DNA from: an uncultured archaeon
Lineage (GTDB): Archaea > Thermoproteota > Nitrososphaeria > Nitrososphaerales > Gagatemarchaeaceae
Length of the DNA: 64,000 nt
NCBI GenBank assembly: GCA_963799775.1
Contig: CAWCYD010000003.1
Span: forward strand, 1,408,001-1,472,000
Reading direction: 5' to 3'
Below the pieces are notes generated by a model. It had not been told where the DNA came from. It was given only the letters and a program-made list of their open reading frames with translations, and did not search any database. Positions 27,482 to 37,232 of this stretch are shown here, piece by piece. A program made the translations under genes and the position numbers. Each line of letters opens with the position of its first letter. The stretch's first letter is position 1.

Positions 27482-28144
27482 TTGTCAGGGTCGATTGTCT
27501 CGAACAAAACCCCCGACTCGCCGCCGAGCGGCCTGAGGCTGAAGATAATCAGCCTGGACAAGAAGTACGGGGTCTTCAAGCTGGCAAAGTTCGCCATCGC
27601 AGCGGGCACCGGGTTCCTACTTGCAGAAGGGATATTGACGTTCGGCGTCTTCCTACTCTATGGGAAGTTGAGCGCCCCGAGCGATGCCTACTCCTCGCCG
27701 AGGTTCTTGGCGCTCGATGTCACGGCGCTCGCGTTGGGGGTCGCTCTCTCCTTCTTCCTAAACGAGCATTATACGGTCCGCGCTCAGCGGACGCGCAACG
27801 GCGTTGGGTGGAGCAGCCCCCCTATCAGATTGCTAAAGTTCGAGGGGGTGAACGCGATGGGGAATTTGACCATAATAGCGGTCCAGTTCGCCCTCTTGTT
27901 GACGCTAGCCATCACGCCGGTGATCGGCAATGCAGTGGGCGCGATTGTCTCTTATCCCGTCACGTATCTAATCTCGATGCGGTTTGTCTGGAAACCTTCT
28001 GCACGCGCTCATGGGGTCGAGAATCGCGCGAATCACCGAAACCAACCGCCGAAGAGTGTCGACCCTCTGCCTCCCACCATCGCGATGATCCTCCTCATTT
28101 CGCTCTATGCGATCACTCGAGCCCTGCTGGGAAGGAAGAGCTAG
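27482..28144 (+). CDS. GtrA family membrane protein
   Basis: KFAIAAGTGF...SFFLNEHYT...LLKF...YLISMRFVW. Confidence 0.8.
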   Translation: MSGSIVSNKTPDSPPSGLRLKIISLDKKYGVFKLAKFAIAAGTGFLLAEGILTFGVFLLYGKLSAPSDAYSSPRFLALDVTALALGVALSFFLNEHYTVRAQRTRNGVGWSSPPIRLLKFEGVNAMGNLTIIAVQFALLLTLAITPVIGNAVGAIVSYPVTYLISMRFVWKPSARAHGVENRANHRNQPPKSVDPLPPTIAMILLISLYAITRALLGRKS

Positions 28145-28178
28145 CCGCTTTATCGCTGCATGCACCTAGCATTCAGTC

Positions 28179-28742
28179 TCAGGCGATAAGGGCGCGCACT
28201 GCGCCAAAAGACCTGGGATCTTGGTCGCCTAGCTTACCTTCTCGCCCACTGCAGCCAGAATCTTGCTCGCTGCTTCCTCCGGTGAGTGTCCCTCGAGAGT
28301 CTATCACAAGGGCGTCCTTGGGCGGCTCGAACGAGCGGGCGAGCTTCATGAAGTCCTCGCGGCGGACCATCGGGTTCCTCTGGGAGTACCTGTGGAATGC
28401 CAGCACGGGGTCGCACCAGGCCCAGACGACGAGCCAGCCGTCCGTGAGGCTCTCCAACTTGGAGATCGCCTCGCGCCTCAGCTCCTCCGTGGGGAACGTG
28501 GCGACGAGGACCACGTCGTATCGATTCCTGAGCGCTTCCGCAGCCATTGATATCGCGGCCCGGTAGACGAACCTGGACTCGGCCGACTGGTATTGCGGCT
28601 TTGCGATCATCCCCCTCACCACGTCTGTCTCGATGTGGACGCACCTCTCCAGCTTGGCCCCGATCGCCAAGGCTATGGTCGTCTTGCCGCTGCCAGCGAT
28701 CCCGCTGAAGAGGATCAAGTGTCCATGACGAGGGGCAGGCAT
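28179..28742 (-). CDS. P-loop kinase (AAA_33-like); probable C-terminal frameshift
   Basis: SGIAGSGKTT, ETDVVR, FEPP. Confidence 0.8.
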   Translation of the reverse strand: MPAPRHGHLILFSGIAGSGKTTIALAIGAKLERCVHIETDVVRGMIAKPQYQSAESRFVYRAAISMAAEALRNRYDVVLVATFPTEELRREAISKLESLTDGWLVVWAWCDPVLAFHRYSQRNPMVRREDFMKLARSFEPPKDALVIDSRGTLTGGSSEQDSGCSGREGKLGDQDPRSFGAVRALIA

Positions 28743-28883
28743 CTGCCCAGAGGCTTCATCTTGCAGCCGAAAAACCCTTGTGTGGGACGGTAGAGGCGGC
28801 CTCGCCGCGTTTACTGGAGAATTCTTCTCGAACGCTGTCTTGTGTTCGATATAAGCCAGGTCGAGAGATGGATTCGAGCGCAG

Positions 28884-29135
28884 ATGAAGTTAAGCACTGA
28901 GCAAAGGGAAGAGCTGTCAAGCTCTTCGTATGCATGCCCGATCGACAAGAAGCTGCCCATAAACGACGCAGCCCACGTTCGAAACGCCATGGCGCGGTTC
29001 GACCAGGTCATCACGGCCAAATGCCACCCCGAGGAAGCGAGGAGGCGGATCTTGGCCGCCGCCAAGAAATATGGCGTGGACGTCAGGGAATTCAGGGACG
29101 TCAAGCACTTCAAGAGCACAAAGAGAGGAGCCTAA
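28884..29135 (+). CDS. DUF6582-like small protein
   Basis: KLPINDAAHVRNAMARFDQV...RILAAAKKYGV. Confidence 0.75.
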   Translation: MKLSTEQREELSSSSYACPIDKKLPINDAAHVRNAMARFDQVITAKCHPEEARRRILAAAKKYGVDVREFRDVKHFKSTKRGA

Positions 29136-29256
29136 GGGCGGCCACGGAAAGCGAGGGCGGAGCTCGCCGAGGGCGCAGGCTGGACCCGGGAAGGTCAAGC
29201 TGCCGTCGTAGGCCGGCACAAGAGTCAATACTCGACCGTGGCAAGGGGTTGGTACT

Positions 29257-30099
29257 TTGGGCACCCCCATTACGACGGTGGACGCGTTCACTGACGTCCG
29301 ATACTCGGGAAATCCCGCCGGTGTCTGCATCCTCCCCAAAGGCGAGCATGGGGCTGACTGGATGCAAAAGGTCGCGCGCGAGATGAACCTCCCCGAGACA
29401 GCTTACTTGGTCAAGAGAAAGGGAGAAGGCTCGGGCAACGGCGTCGCCAGCTATGACCTGCGTTGGTTCTCACCATTGGTCGAGATCGATCTCTGCGGGC
29501 ACGCGACCTTGGCGAGCGCCCACGTCCTGTATGAGGACGGGCAGGTCAAGGAGGACGCGGGGATACACTTTCACACGCGCAGCGGGGTCTTGAAGGCCGA
29601 GAAGGCGTCCAGGGGCAAGGAGGGATGGATCGAGCTCGACTTCCCTGCGTTGCCTGAGAAGCGCTTCAATGGGCCCACCGAGAAGCTGGCGAAGGCGCTC
29701 GGGGCGAACCCCAGGCACGTGGGAGCGTATGGCTCCGACTACTTGGTCGAGCTGCAGAGCGAGAAGGAGGTCAGAGGGCTCTCGCCAGACTTTGGCCTTC
29801 TCAAGGAGCTCCCCGCCCGCGGGGTCGCCGTGACCGCGCCTCCAGGCGCCTCCACGAAGGCCAAGGGCTTTGATTTTGTGTCGAGGTTCTTCGCCCCAGC
29901 CGTCGGGATAGACGAAGACCCGGTCACGGGCTCGGCACACTGCGCCCTGGGCCCCTTCTGGGGGAGGCGCCTCGGGAAGGAGAAGGTGACAGGATACCAA
30001 GCATCAGCTCGCGGAGGGACCGTTAGGGTGAGGATGCGAGGGGATAGAGTAATTCTCGGAGGGAAGGCCGTCACTGTGATGCGTGGGGAACTGCAGTAG
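29257..30099 (+). CDS. PhzF family isomerase
   Basis: VDAFT..GNPAGV, EMNLPETAY, EIDLCGHATLA, EDPVTGSAH. Confidence 0.93.
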   Translation: MGTPITTVDAFTDVRYSGNPAGVCILPKGEHGADWMQKVAREMNLPETAYLVKRKGEGSGNGVASYDLRWFSPLVEIDLCGHATLASAHVLYEDGQVKEDAGIHFHTRSGVLKAEKASRGKEGWIELDFPALPEKRFNGPTEKLAKALGANPRHVGAYGSDYLVELQSEKEVRGLSPDFGLLKELPARGVAVTAPPGASTKAKGFDFVSRFFAPAVGIDEDPVTGSAHCALGPFWGRRLGKEKVTGYQASARGGTVRVRMRGDRVILGGKAVTVMRGELQ

Positions 30100-30108
30100 C
30101 CTAGGTTC

Positions 30109-30733
30109 CTACGCCGTGTTGCAGTCTACAGAAAGTTCTCCGTTGTAGCCAGCAGTTGGAGGGGCCACTGTGATCACGACAACAAAACTCTCCAATGCCC
30201 CATGAGTCCCGTTATCAGTTCCAGACATTGGGATAGTGGGAGTGCTTCCGATTACAGAGAAGCCAGGCGTGCTAATTGTAAGATTTGTAATCTTGGTTGG
30301 GCAATCGGCCCCGGATGCTGTGCAGGTATTGAAGACCACAGTGATGAGCAGCGTGAACGTTGAGTAGGGGTCACCCACATATTGTTGCGAACCTGAAAAG
30401 GCCCCATCATTCACCACTGTCTGGTTCGTGATGAGATGTGCAAGATTTTGTGCATACACCTCAGTGTCCATGTCCGAAATGATGACTTGGGGTCCGGTAA
30501 TCGTTGAGGATGATTCTGAAATTAACTGAGTTGAGTTAAAGCTGGAACTCGAACTAATTGACGCGGTCGCGGATGAGGTCGTTTGGGTGCTTGAGATGCT
30601 GCTTGACTTGGCCCCCAAGAAGGTTCCCGCTCGACAAGACTATGCCTATCCCAACTATTGCAATGATGACGACGCCTACGACAGCGCCGAGAGCGTTGCT
30701 TATTCCGTGTCTGGACGTCGGTCTATGCTGCAT
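30109..30733 (-). CDS. Surface protein with a class III (pilin-like) signal peptide; frameshift in a G run near 30615
   Basis: MQHRPTSRHG|ISNALGAVVGVVIIAIVG then a Ser/Thr-rich linker and beta domain. Confidence 0.6.
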
Positions 30734-30833
30734 TCAGACCGCCACATCAAGGGATTCCGTAAGATAAAAGTCTCCAGTTAGAATAATGCGAACCCAAGGG
30801 ATAAGTAATCAAGAGCGGATTTCCTGAACTAAG

Positions 30834-32015
30834 ATGTTCAGACGGCAGCCAGGTGTTTCCCAAGGGATAATCGCCCTGGTTGTGATAGTTGTCATTGCTG
30901 CAGCCGCAGCTAGTTATGTGCTACTTCGTCCCAACGGAGGAGGCGGAACACCGTTCACGAACTCTACGAATTCAACGAATTCAACGACCACGGCTAGCTC
31001 TGTCGCGTCGACATCGGCTCCCCCTCAGGAATTGGTGACGGCGGCACAAAACGAATGTCAAGCTGCAGGTTCCAATTGCCTGACGATAATGACAACTCAA
31101 GCCGCTTCTAATTGGGACGATTGCTACGGGCCCGCGTTCTATTCTGAATATCCTTGGGCAACGAATAAGGTGACCTATACGAGTGAGTCTACTGCTGCAG
31201 AGACCATACAACTGATATCGAACTATCAGGCCCATTCCATCCAGGTTGATGTCGCGACAGGCACTCTTGCAGGCCTTGCCCCCGCCCTTTCAGCTGGTGT
31301 GATGATCAATTATACCAGCCCCATGGTGAAGACCATGAACTACACCGCGGATGCATACGGGACTAATTGGATCACGACGAACCTCGCCATTGTACACATG
31401 ATCTACAATCCATCCGTTTTGACTGCCAACAACATGCCCGTTCCAAAGACTTGGGCCGACTTGGCGAATCCTGCTTACAAGAATCAGATAGCCTTCCAAA
31501 CAGCGACAGCTCTAGGAATCAGTACAGCTGAATTCTACTACCTCTCGACGCAGATGAGCAACTCGAGCTGGACTACCCTCATGCAGGGCATCGCAGCGAA
31601 CAACCCAATAATAACGCAGACGGCCGTGAACGCAGAGCAAGACGTCATCAGCGGCCAGGTCGCGGTAGGGATAGCTACTTTTGATGACTATGTCGGAGAT
31701 GTGAAAGAAGGAATCGGCCCGAGCGTCTTGGCGTTTGCCGATATCGAGCCCATAGTCTACACGCCAGGCGTTGTTACCATCACCAGTGGCGCCCCGCACC
31801 CTAACATGGCGAAATTATTCGAAGCCTGGTACATTTCGAACTCCGGTCAAGAAGCCGTTCTCTGCACCAATCATGACCCCTACACTCCTGTCACAGGCGG
31901 GCTGCTCAACTACCTTCCATCCGATTACAGACTCGTAAACGCCTACGCCAACACAGCGCTTCTAGCTGATACGGGCTCTTGGAGCTCATTGTTCAAGAAC
32001 ATATTTGGCGCCTGA
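30834..32015 (+). CDS. ABC-type extracellular solute-binding protein (Fe3+/thiamine/polyamine-like class)
   Basis: Class III-like signal peptide; YNP...PKTWADLANPAYK, APHPNMAKLF..W..S..GQ. Confidence 0.85.
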   Translation: MFRRQPGVSQGIIALVVIVVIAAAAASYVLLRPNGGGGTPFTNSTNSTNSTTTASSVASTSAPPQELVTAAQNECQAAGSNCLTIMTTQAASNWDDCYGPAFYSEYPWATNKVTYTSESTAAETIQLISNYQAHSIQVDVATGTLAGLAPALSAGVMINYTSPMVKTMNYTADAYGTNWITTNLAIVHMIYNPSVLTANNMPVPKTWADLANPAYKNQIAFQTATALGISTAEFYYLSTQMSNSSWTTLMQGIAANNPIITQTAVNAEQDVISGQVAVGIATFDDYVGDVKEGIGPSVLAFADIEPIVYTPGVVTITSGAPHPNMAKLFEAWYISNSGQEAVLCTNHDPYTPVTGGLLNYLPSDYRLVNAYANTALLADTGSWSSLFKNIFGA

Positions 32016-32475
32016 GATACTCCCGAATAGAGTCGCTATCACAATAGCCTGACATCCAGCGAGCCAATCGCCGCTGCTCTCCCACTGGGGTCTAGATAAT
32101 CGCCCTGAGCACAGAGACGGGATTTGCAAGAGCGCCGTTCCAAGTTGCGAATTGTGCAATATCGGCTATCGTGATCTCACCGACTAAGTATCCAACCGAC
32201 CGCCGTGTCGTGCGGACTCTCCAGCATCCTTCGGTCAACGATGAAGAATGTGTCGCTGCACCCCTCGAATCCTCCCTTGGGGCGCTTATGGTTTCCTTTC
32301 GCTTGCCGCCGCCACGCGTCGCCTCTGAGCTCACTACGTCTGACTGCTCGGGTTCCGTATTGAGGTTTGCACCACAAGTCATTATTAGCTTACGAGCCTC
32401 CAAGTGAGGAAGCATACCTCATGGTGACTCGGAATCCATCGAGGCTGACTCACCAAAGAAGGTCGTAGAAAGGAA

Positions 32476-32970
32476 ATGAGCGCCAGCGGGTCGGGCTTGA
32501 TGCTTGGAGATGTCTTCGGGCTCATAGCAATCGCCCTGATCGGAGCCACGGCTGTCTTGATGCTCCTGAGGCGGGCGATCCTGAAGAGGTTCAAGAACCT
32601 GGACATGTTGCGGAGGATCCACATCGCCGTCGCAGGATTGGCTGGCCTGTTTCTCGTACTCCATGTGGCATACTTCATAACGTATCCTCTCACCCTCGAG
32701 ATCTCGCTTGGATATCTCTCCGCGGGTCTGGCCTTTGTCGTCTGGTTGACCGGGACGGCCTTCCTCGAGAGATTTCGTGACTCGCTCTACTTCCATGGGA
32801 CGTTGTCCTTGAGTGCGATCTCACTGATGGTGATCCATTCATCTGCAGCGGGGCTCAACGTCCCCTTCGCCCTTGCCGAGGCGGTACTCGCAGGCACGAC
32901 CGGGGTCGCGATCTTCAAGGCGTCACAATACGTCGGAAAGATGAAGGGCACGGGCGGGCTCAAGGGATGA
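32476..32970 (+). CDS. Di-heme cytochrome b-like membrane protein (ferric reductase-like TM domain)
   Basis: Two TM helices each with H-x13-H (HIAVAGLAGLFLVLH; HGTLSLSAISLMVIH). Confidence 0.7.
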   Translation: MSASGSGLMLGDVFGLIAIALIGATAVLMLLRRAILKRFKNLDMLRRIHIAVAGLAGLFLVLHVAYFITYPLTLEISLGYLSAGLAFVVWLTGTAFLERFRDSLYFHGTLSLSAISLMVIHSSAAGLNVPFALAEAVLAGTTGVAIFKASQYVGKMKGTGGLKG

Positions 32971-33956
32971 GCCAGAAAGAGTCCTCCGCGGACTGGCTCG
33001 AGCAGGGCCTCCACGCGAGAATCCCTGTACTCTACCAGAAGGGGGCTGGCAAGGGATACAGGACCAAGACCGAGGCCCTAAGCGGGCTCCGCAGACTGCA
33101 GAGGTACGTCGGGTACATGATGCTCCTGTCCGCAGCAGTCGGCGTCTACCTTCTCGCGAGTGACCACTCCCTCTGGATCCTCGCGGTCTCGCACGCAGTG
33201 GGACTGGTAATCGTCGTGATCCTTGACGTCACTCTCGGTCTCTTGAACTACGCGGGGTCCAAGCGCGTCTACGTGGCGAGCCTTGCGGCCGCCCTGCTCG
33301 GGATCGTCCTCCAGCTGGGCGACATAGCCACGGCTCCGCAGTATGGGATGTCGATGTCGTATTTCGCGTCGTATCTCTTCGGCCTCGCGGCGTTTGACAT
33401 CCTCCTCGCGCTCCAAGCGCTGATCTTGGTGGTAGGGATAATGGGAAGGGCGAACGTCGAGTTCCTGGCACAACGGAGGAGGGTAGGCAGAGAGCTCAAC
33501 TATTCGCGAAGGTCCTTCCTGACTACCATAGTCGGCTTCGCCGCCCTCGTGGGGTTCGGGGTAGTCCTCGGGTCGGTCAAGATCCCTTCGACCTCCTCTT
33601 CACAGGCCGTCGGGGGCGTGCAAGCTGGACCCACGACGGCGATAACGAACACGAGCAACCTGCAGGTCAACTCGCCTGTCTACTTTGAGTATCCCTCCGG
33701 ATACCCGAACGTCCTCTTCAAGAAGAGCGACGGGACTTTGGTCGCGTACAGCATGCTTTGCACGCACGTCTGCTGCGAGGTCACGTACGAGGCCTCGTCG
33801 AACATCTTCTACTGCCCATGCCACGGCTCGGAGTTCGATTCCAACGGCCAGGTCATCGTGGGTCCGGCAGGGACGCCGCTCCCTTCGATCAGCCTGAACG
33901 TCGACAGCTCTGGGAACATCTTTCCCACCGGGACTGTTGGGTATACCCCTTGCTGA
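32967..33956 (+). CDS. Polytopic membrane Rieske 2Fe-2S protein
   Basis: About four TMs, internal SRRSFL plus TM, CTHVCC and CPCHGS. Confidence 0.88.
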   Translation: MSQKESSADWLEQGLHARIPVLYQKGAGKGYRTKTEALSGLRRLQRYVGYMMLLSAAVGVYLLASDHSLWILAVSHAVGLVIVVILDVTLGLLNYAGSKRVYVASLAAALLGIVLQLGDIATAPQYGMSMSYFASYLFGLAAFDILLALQALILVVGIMGRANVEFLAQRRRVGRELNYSRRSFLTTIVGFAALVGFGVVLGSVKIPSTSSSQAVGGVQAGPTTAITNTSNLQVNSPVYFEYPSGYPNVLFKKSDGTLVAYSMLCTHVCCEVTYEASSNIFYCPCHGSEFDSNGQVIVGPAGTPLPSISLNVDSSGNIFPTGTVGYTPC

Positions 33957-34099
33957 CATCGATCCCAAAGGCAATCAAACAGTCCAGCAAGTTCATGCTG
34001 TTGTGGAGAGGTTTAACCGACAATTGGGGAGAGAGCTTTCGTCTTTGGGATCGCGTGCCGATGCCAGGAGCACCTTTCTCGCCAGTGGTCGAGTGACAA

Positions 34100-34664
34100 C
34101 CCTCCCTTCACACCTCAATCGAATCAATCCCCAATCGACTCGATTGACCCCACTCAGCGCAAGATCCTGGAGTTCATCACCCTGCACCCAGGGGTCCATC
34201 TGCGGGAGATCTGTAGGTCGCTCGGCCTGGCGATGGGCGACGTCCAATACCACGTGCAGAGGCTTCAGAGGGATGGTAGGGTCACGGCGGCGCGCCGAGG
34301 ACTCTACAAGTTCTTCTATCCTGCAAACCTCTTCGGGCAACGGCAGCGAGATGTGCTCAGCATGATAAGCCTGGAAAGACCCCGCGAGATTCTTCTCAAC
34401 ATCATCGAGCACCCGGGGTGCACGCAGGAGACGCTTGCCCTGGCGACAGGTGTGTCGCAGCCGACTGTCTCATGGCACCTGAAGAGGCTGGTCGAGCTTG
34501 GAATAGTGGAGAGGAGGCAGGAGGGGAGAGTTGTGAGCTACACCGTTCCTGGAGGGCCTGAGATAGCGAGCTTCATTCGGACCTATCACCCGACGATCTG
34601 GGAGAGCTGGTCGAGCAGGCTCGCCGACATCTTCGTCGCCTACTCTGGTGAGGAGGCGAAGTGA
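34100..34664 (+). CDS. Double winged-helix (ArsR-like) regulator; start uncertain
   Basis: QRKILEFITLHPGVHLREI...YHVQRL; HPGCTQETLA...VSWHLKRL. Confidence 0.8.
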
Positions 34665-34997
34665 ATGATGCTGGACGCGAGTTGGATGCATTCCCTGTTC
34701 TTCTCTCCTCTGGTAGACGTCGACGAAGGGTTTGAGACCGTTGAGGTGCTGGAGTTCGCCATCGCCGCGTTCGCGCTAGTCCTGTTGGCGCTCACGCTAT
34801 CCGCATACAGGAAGACTCACGTCAGAAGGCTCATCTTCGTGTCGGTCGCGTTTGGGCTCTTCGCTGTGGAGGTGGCGATAAGACAGGTGGACAGCTTCGT
34901 ATTCGAGGTTGGGTATCAGACGGACCAGATCTTGGTCGCGTTGATGGAGTTTGTCATCCTGTTACTGTTTTTCCTCGCGGTCGTCGTACGAGAATAG
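34665..34997 (+). CDS. Three-TM membrane protein, candidate sensor partner of the regulator
   Basis: LTLSAYRKT..RRLIFVSVAFGLFAV...LLFFLA; similar to the N-terminus of 48990..49733. Confidence 0.75.
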   Translation: MMLDASWMHSLFFSPLVDVDEGFETVEVLEFAIAAFALVLLALTLSAYRKTHVRRLIFVSVAFGLFAVEVAIRQVDSFVFEVGYQTDQILVALMEFVILLLFFLAVVVRE

Positions 34998-35081
34998 CAG
35001 GCATCCTGTTAGACAGTTGCACCAGACGCGTTATAAGGCGACCAGGGGTCGTCGAATCAGTCAGGAGGCAAGGTTGCGAGA

Positions 35082-35441
35082 ATGAAAAGCAAGCTTTCCT
35101 ATTACTCGGTGATGCTGCTCGTGGGTCTGGCTGTCGTCACAGTCCTCATCTTCGTCATTAACCCTTTCAACAGCCAGCCCGCAGGAGCGAACGCGGCGAC
35201 GCAGAATTCCACATCGGCGGGGTCGAGCAGTAGCGTGACGACAAGTCCCGGCGCATCAGCAACCTCGATTGGCCCTGGCTCGCTCATCCAAGGCGGGAGC
35301 GGATTGGGGAATGGTACGCAGCACTCGGGAGGTTCGTTCGACGGTGACCATCATCATGACGGTGGTCTCTACGGGTCGGGTGGCTCCGGTGGGGGGACCA
35401 TCACGACAACTACGAGTACCATCTACTCTCAAGACGAGTGA
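35082..35441 (+). CDS. Membrane-anchored low-complexity protein with a DGDHHHDG motif
   Basis: N-terminal TM, Ser/Gly/Thr-rich tail. Confidence 0.65.
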   Translation: MKSKLSYYSVMLLVGLAVVTVLIFVINPFNSQPAGANAATQNSTSAGSSSSVTTSPGASATSIGPGSLIQGGSGLGNGTQHSGGSFDGDHHHDGGLYGSGGSGGGTITTTTSTIYSQDE

Positions 35442-35496
35442 TGCCTGCGCCCGCGCTGGGAGCGACCGCAATCTGTTGGTTGGATGGTGCTGAATC

Positions 35497-36051
35497 GTGA
35501 ATAGGCGTGAGTTCATCAGGACATCAATCGCGACGACGGTCCTCGTCGCTGTCGGCGCCACTGGGGTCTTCGAGATAGCCAACAAAGCGCTGACGAACCA
35601 GAACGGAGGGCACCAAGCGCAACAGCTGCAATTGCCGCCCGCTGCCTCATCAAGCAACCAGTCGTCTTCGGCGGCGCAATCGTCGCCGTCTTCGTCACCC
35701 ACGCAATCGACGTCCCAATCGTCGCCAGTCGCTACGCCTGCTGGCTACATCCTTGTGGCGCCGCTGTCGAGCCTCAGCGGGAAGAGCTACGCCTACTTCA
35801 CGCACCCAACCCATGGAGAATCGATGCTCCTCAGCTTGAACGGGCAGTGGAAGGCCTTCAGCGCAACGTGCACGCACAGGCCGTGCACGGTCGAATACGC
35901 GAACTCCGAGATCTATTGCCCTTGCCACGGGGCGACATTCAGCGCGAGCGATGGGAGCGTGACGCGTGGGCCAGCGCAGGTCTCACTCGGGGAATATGGA
36001 GTCGTCGTCCAAGGCGGCGACGTCTTTGTCTCGGACTCTGTGATCAACTGA
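35497..36051 (+). CDS. Tat-exported Rieske 2Fe-2S protein
   Basis: NRREFI Tat motif; CTHRPC and CPCHGA. Confidence 0.9.
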   Translation: MNRREFIRTSIATTVLVAVGATGVFEIANKALTNQNGGHQAQQLQLPPAASSSNQSSSAAQSSPSSSPTQSTSQSSPVATPAGYILVAPLSSLSGKSYAYFTHPTHGESMLLSLNGQWKAFSATCTHRPCTVEYANSEIYCPCHGATFSASDGSVTRGPAQVSLGEYGVVVQGGDVFVSDSVIN

Positions 36052-36153
36052 CGTCGGCGAGGTCTGAACGCTGAGTCAACCCTGGTCATTCCCAAGATTG
36101 AGAAACGTCGCGGACCGTTATATACGGCACGAGTCCACCGCTCGCCTAGATTC

Positions 36154-37116
36154 ATGCGAACCGGAAAGAGAGGAAGAACAGGCCTCACGACAGTTGAGGG
36201 TGGACTAATTGCGCTCGTGTTGATATTCGGGACGATGTCCCTAGCCTATCTGAGCGCGGTCAGAACAGACTCGGCAGAGTTGAACACTTTGCAGTCGGAG
36301 ATTGCTACTCAGACCACATCGCAGACCCAGACGAGCGGCGGCCAGACATCGGTCAACGCCACCAACCTTCCGGTGATGAATCAGCCGAACACAATAAGAC
36401 AGATCCGAGAGACTTGGTATCTATCTCCCGCTGCCGCACAGGACAGGTTCGACCCGGCCAGCATAGTCGTCAACCAAGGCGACACGATTGACCTGACTCT
36501 GATTGACAACGACACGGTAGCCCATGATTTCGTGATCGGCCCGCCTTACAACATCGTCATCAACGCGACTGTGCCAGGGTTGGTCAACGACATCACGCAC
36601 CAGAACTTCACCACGGCGGCGAAGAACAACTCTCCGGGCGTGGTCGTCAAGGGCACGCCGGGATCGGTCTCGGCGACCTATAGCTTTGTGGCGAAGTATG
36701 CAGGGATTTTCGAGTTCGTTTGCACCTACCATGCTGAGATTGGGATGATAGGGTACCTGACCGTTCTCCCTGACTCGGCTTACACAGGTAAGACGACCTC
36801 GCCTGGGCAGCCGGGCGGCTCGTCCCCCACCATCACACAGGTGAGCATCCTTTCAGGCTCAGGGGCGAATGCCTCCCTCCCGCAAACATACTCTCCGGCC
36901 CCTGTGACTGTGGTGATAGGCGTCAATAACACTGTGACTTGGACAAACGACGATAGCGCCCCGCACACGGTCACAGCCAACGACGGGAGTTTCGATTCTG
37001 GCAACATGGCCCCGACGGCCACATTCACCTACACGTTCACCACACCCGGAACATACACTTACCACTGCATCTACCATCCCTGGATGGTAGCCACCATCGT
37101 CGTGAAGTCTGGCTAG
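36154..37116 (+). CDS. Membrane-anchored tandem cupredoxin (two type-1 Cu sites)
   Basis: AHDF...CTYHAEIGM and PHTVT...CIYHPWM. Confidence 0.88.
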   Translation: MRTGKRGRTGLTTVEGGLIALVLIFGTMSLAYLSAVRTDSAELNTLQSEIATQTTSQTQTSGGQTSVNATNLPVMNQPNTIRQIRETWYLSPAAAQDRFDPASIVVNQGDTIDLTLIDNDTVAHDFVIGPPYNIVINATVPGLVNDITHQNFTTAAKNNSPGVVVKGTPGSVSATYSFVAKYAGIFEFVCTYHAEIGMIGYLTVLPDSAYTGKTTSPGQPGGSSPTITQVSILSGSGANASLPQTYSPAPVTVVIGVNNTVTWTNDDSAPHTVTANDGSFDSGNMAPTATFTYTFTTPGTYTYHCIYHPWMVATIVVKSG

Positions 37117-37232
37117 TCCAGGCTGACGTCACCGCCGGCTCGACGCCCAGTGGGTTGGGTCGGCGGTGCAAAATCTCCTCATTCGGGCCGTTGGCAAAAG
37201 AATAACCTCGTGGGAGTAGGAGGAAGGAGACG

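Noticed and set aside
35462-35470. GCGACCGCA matching the tRNA-Gly 3' end as a second att site
   Set aside because: Only 9 bp, opposite orientation and on the wrong side of the tRNA.
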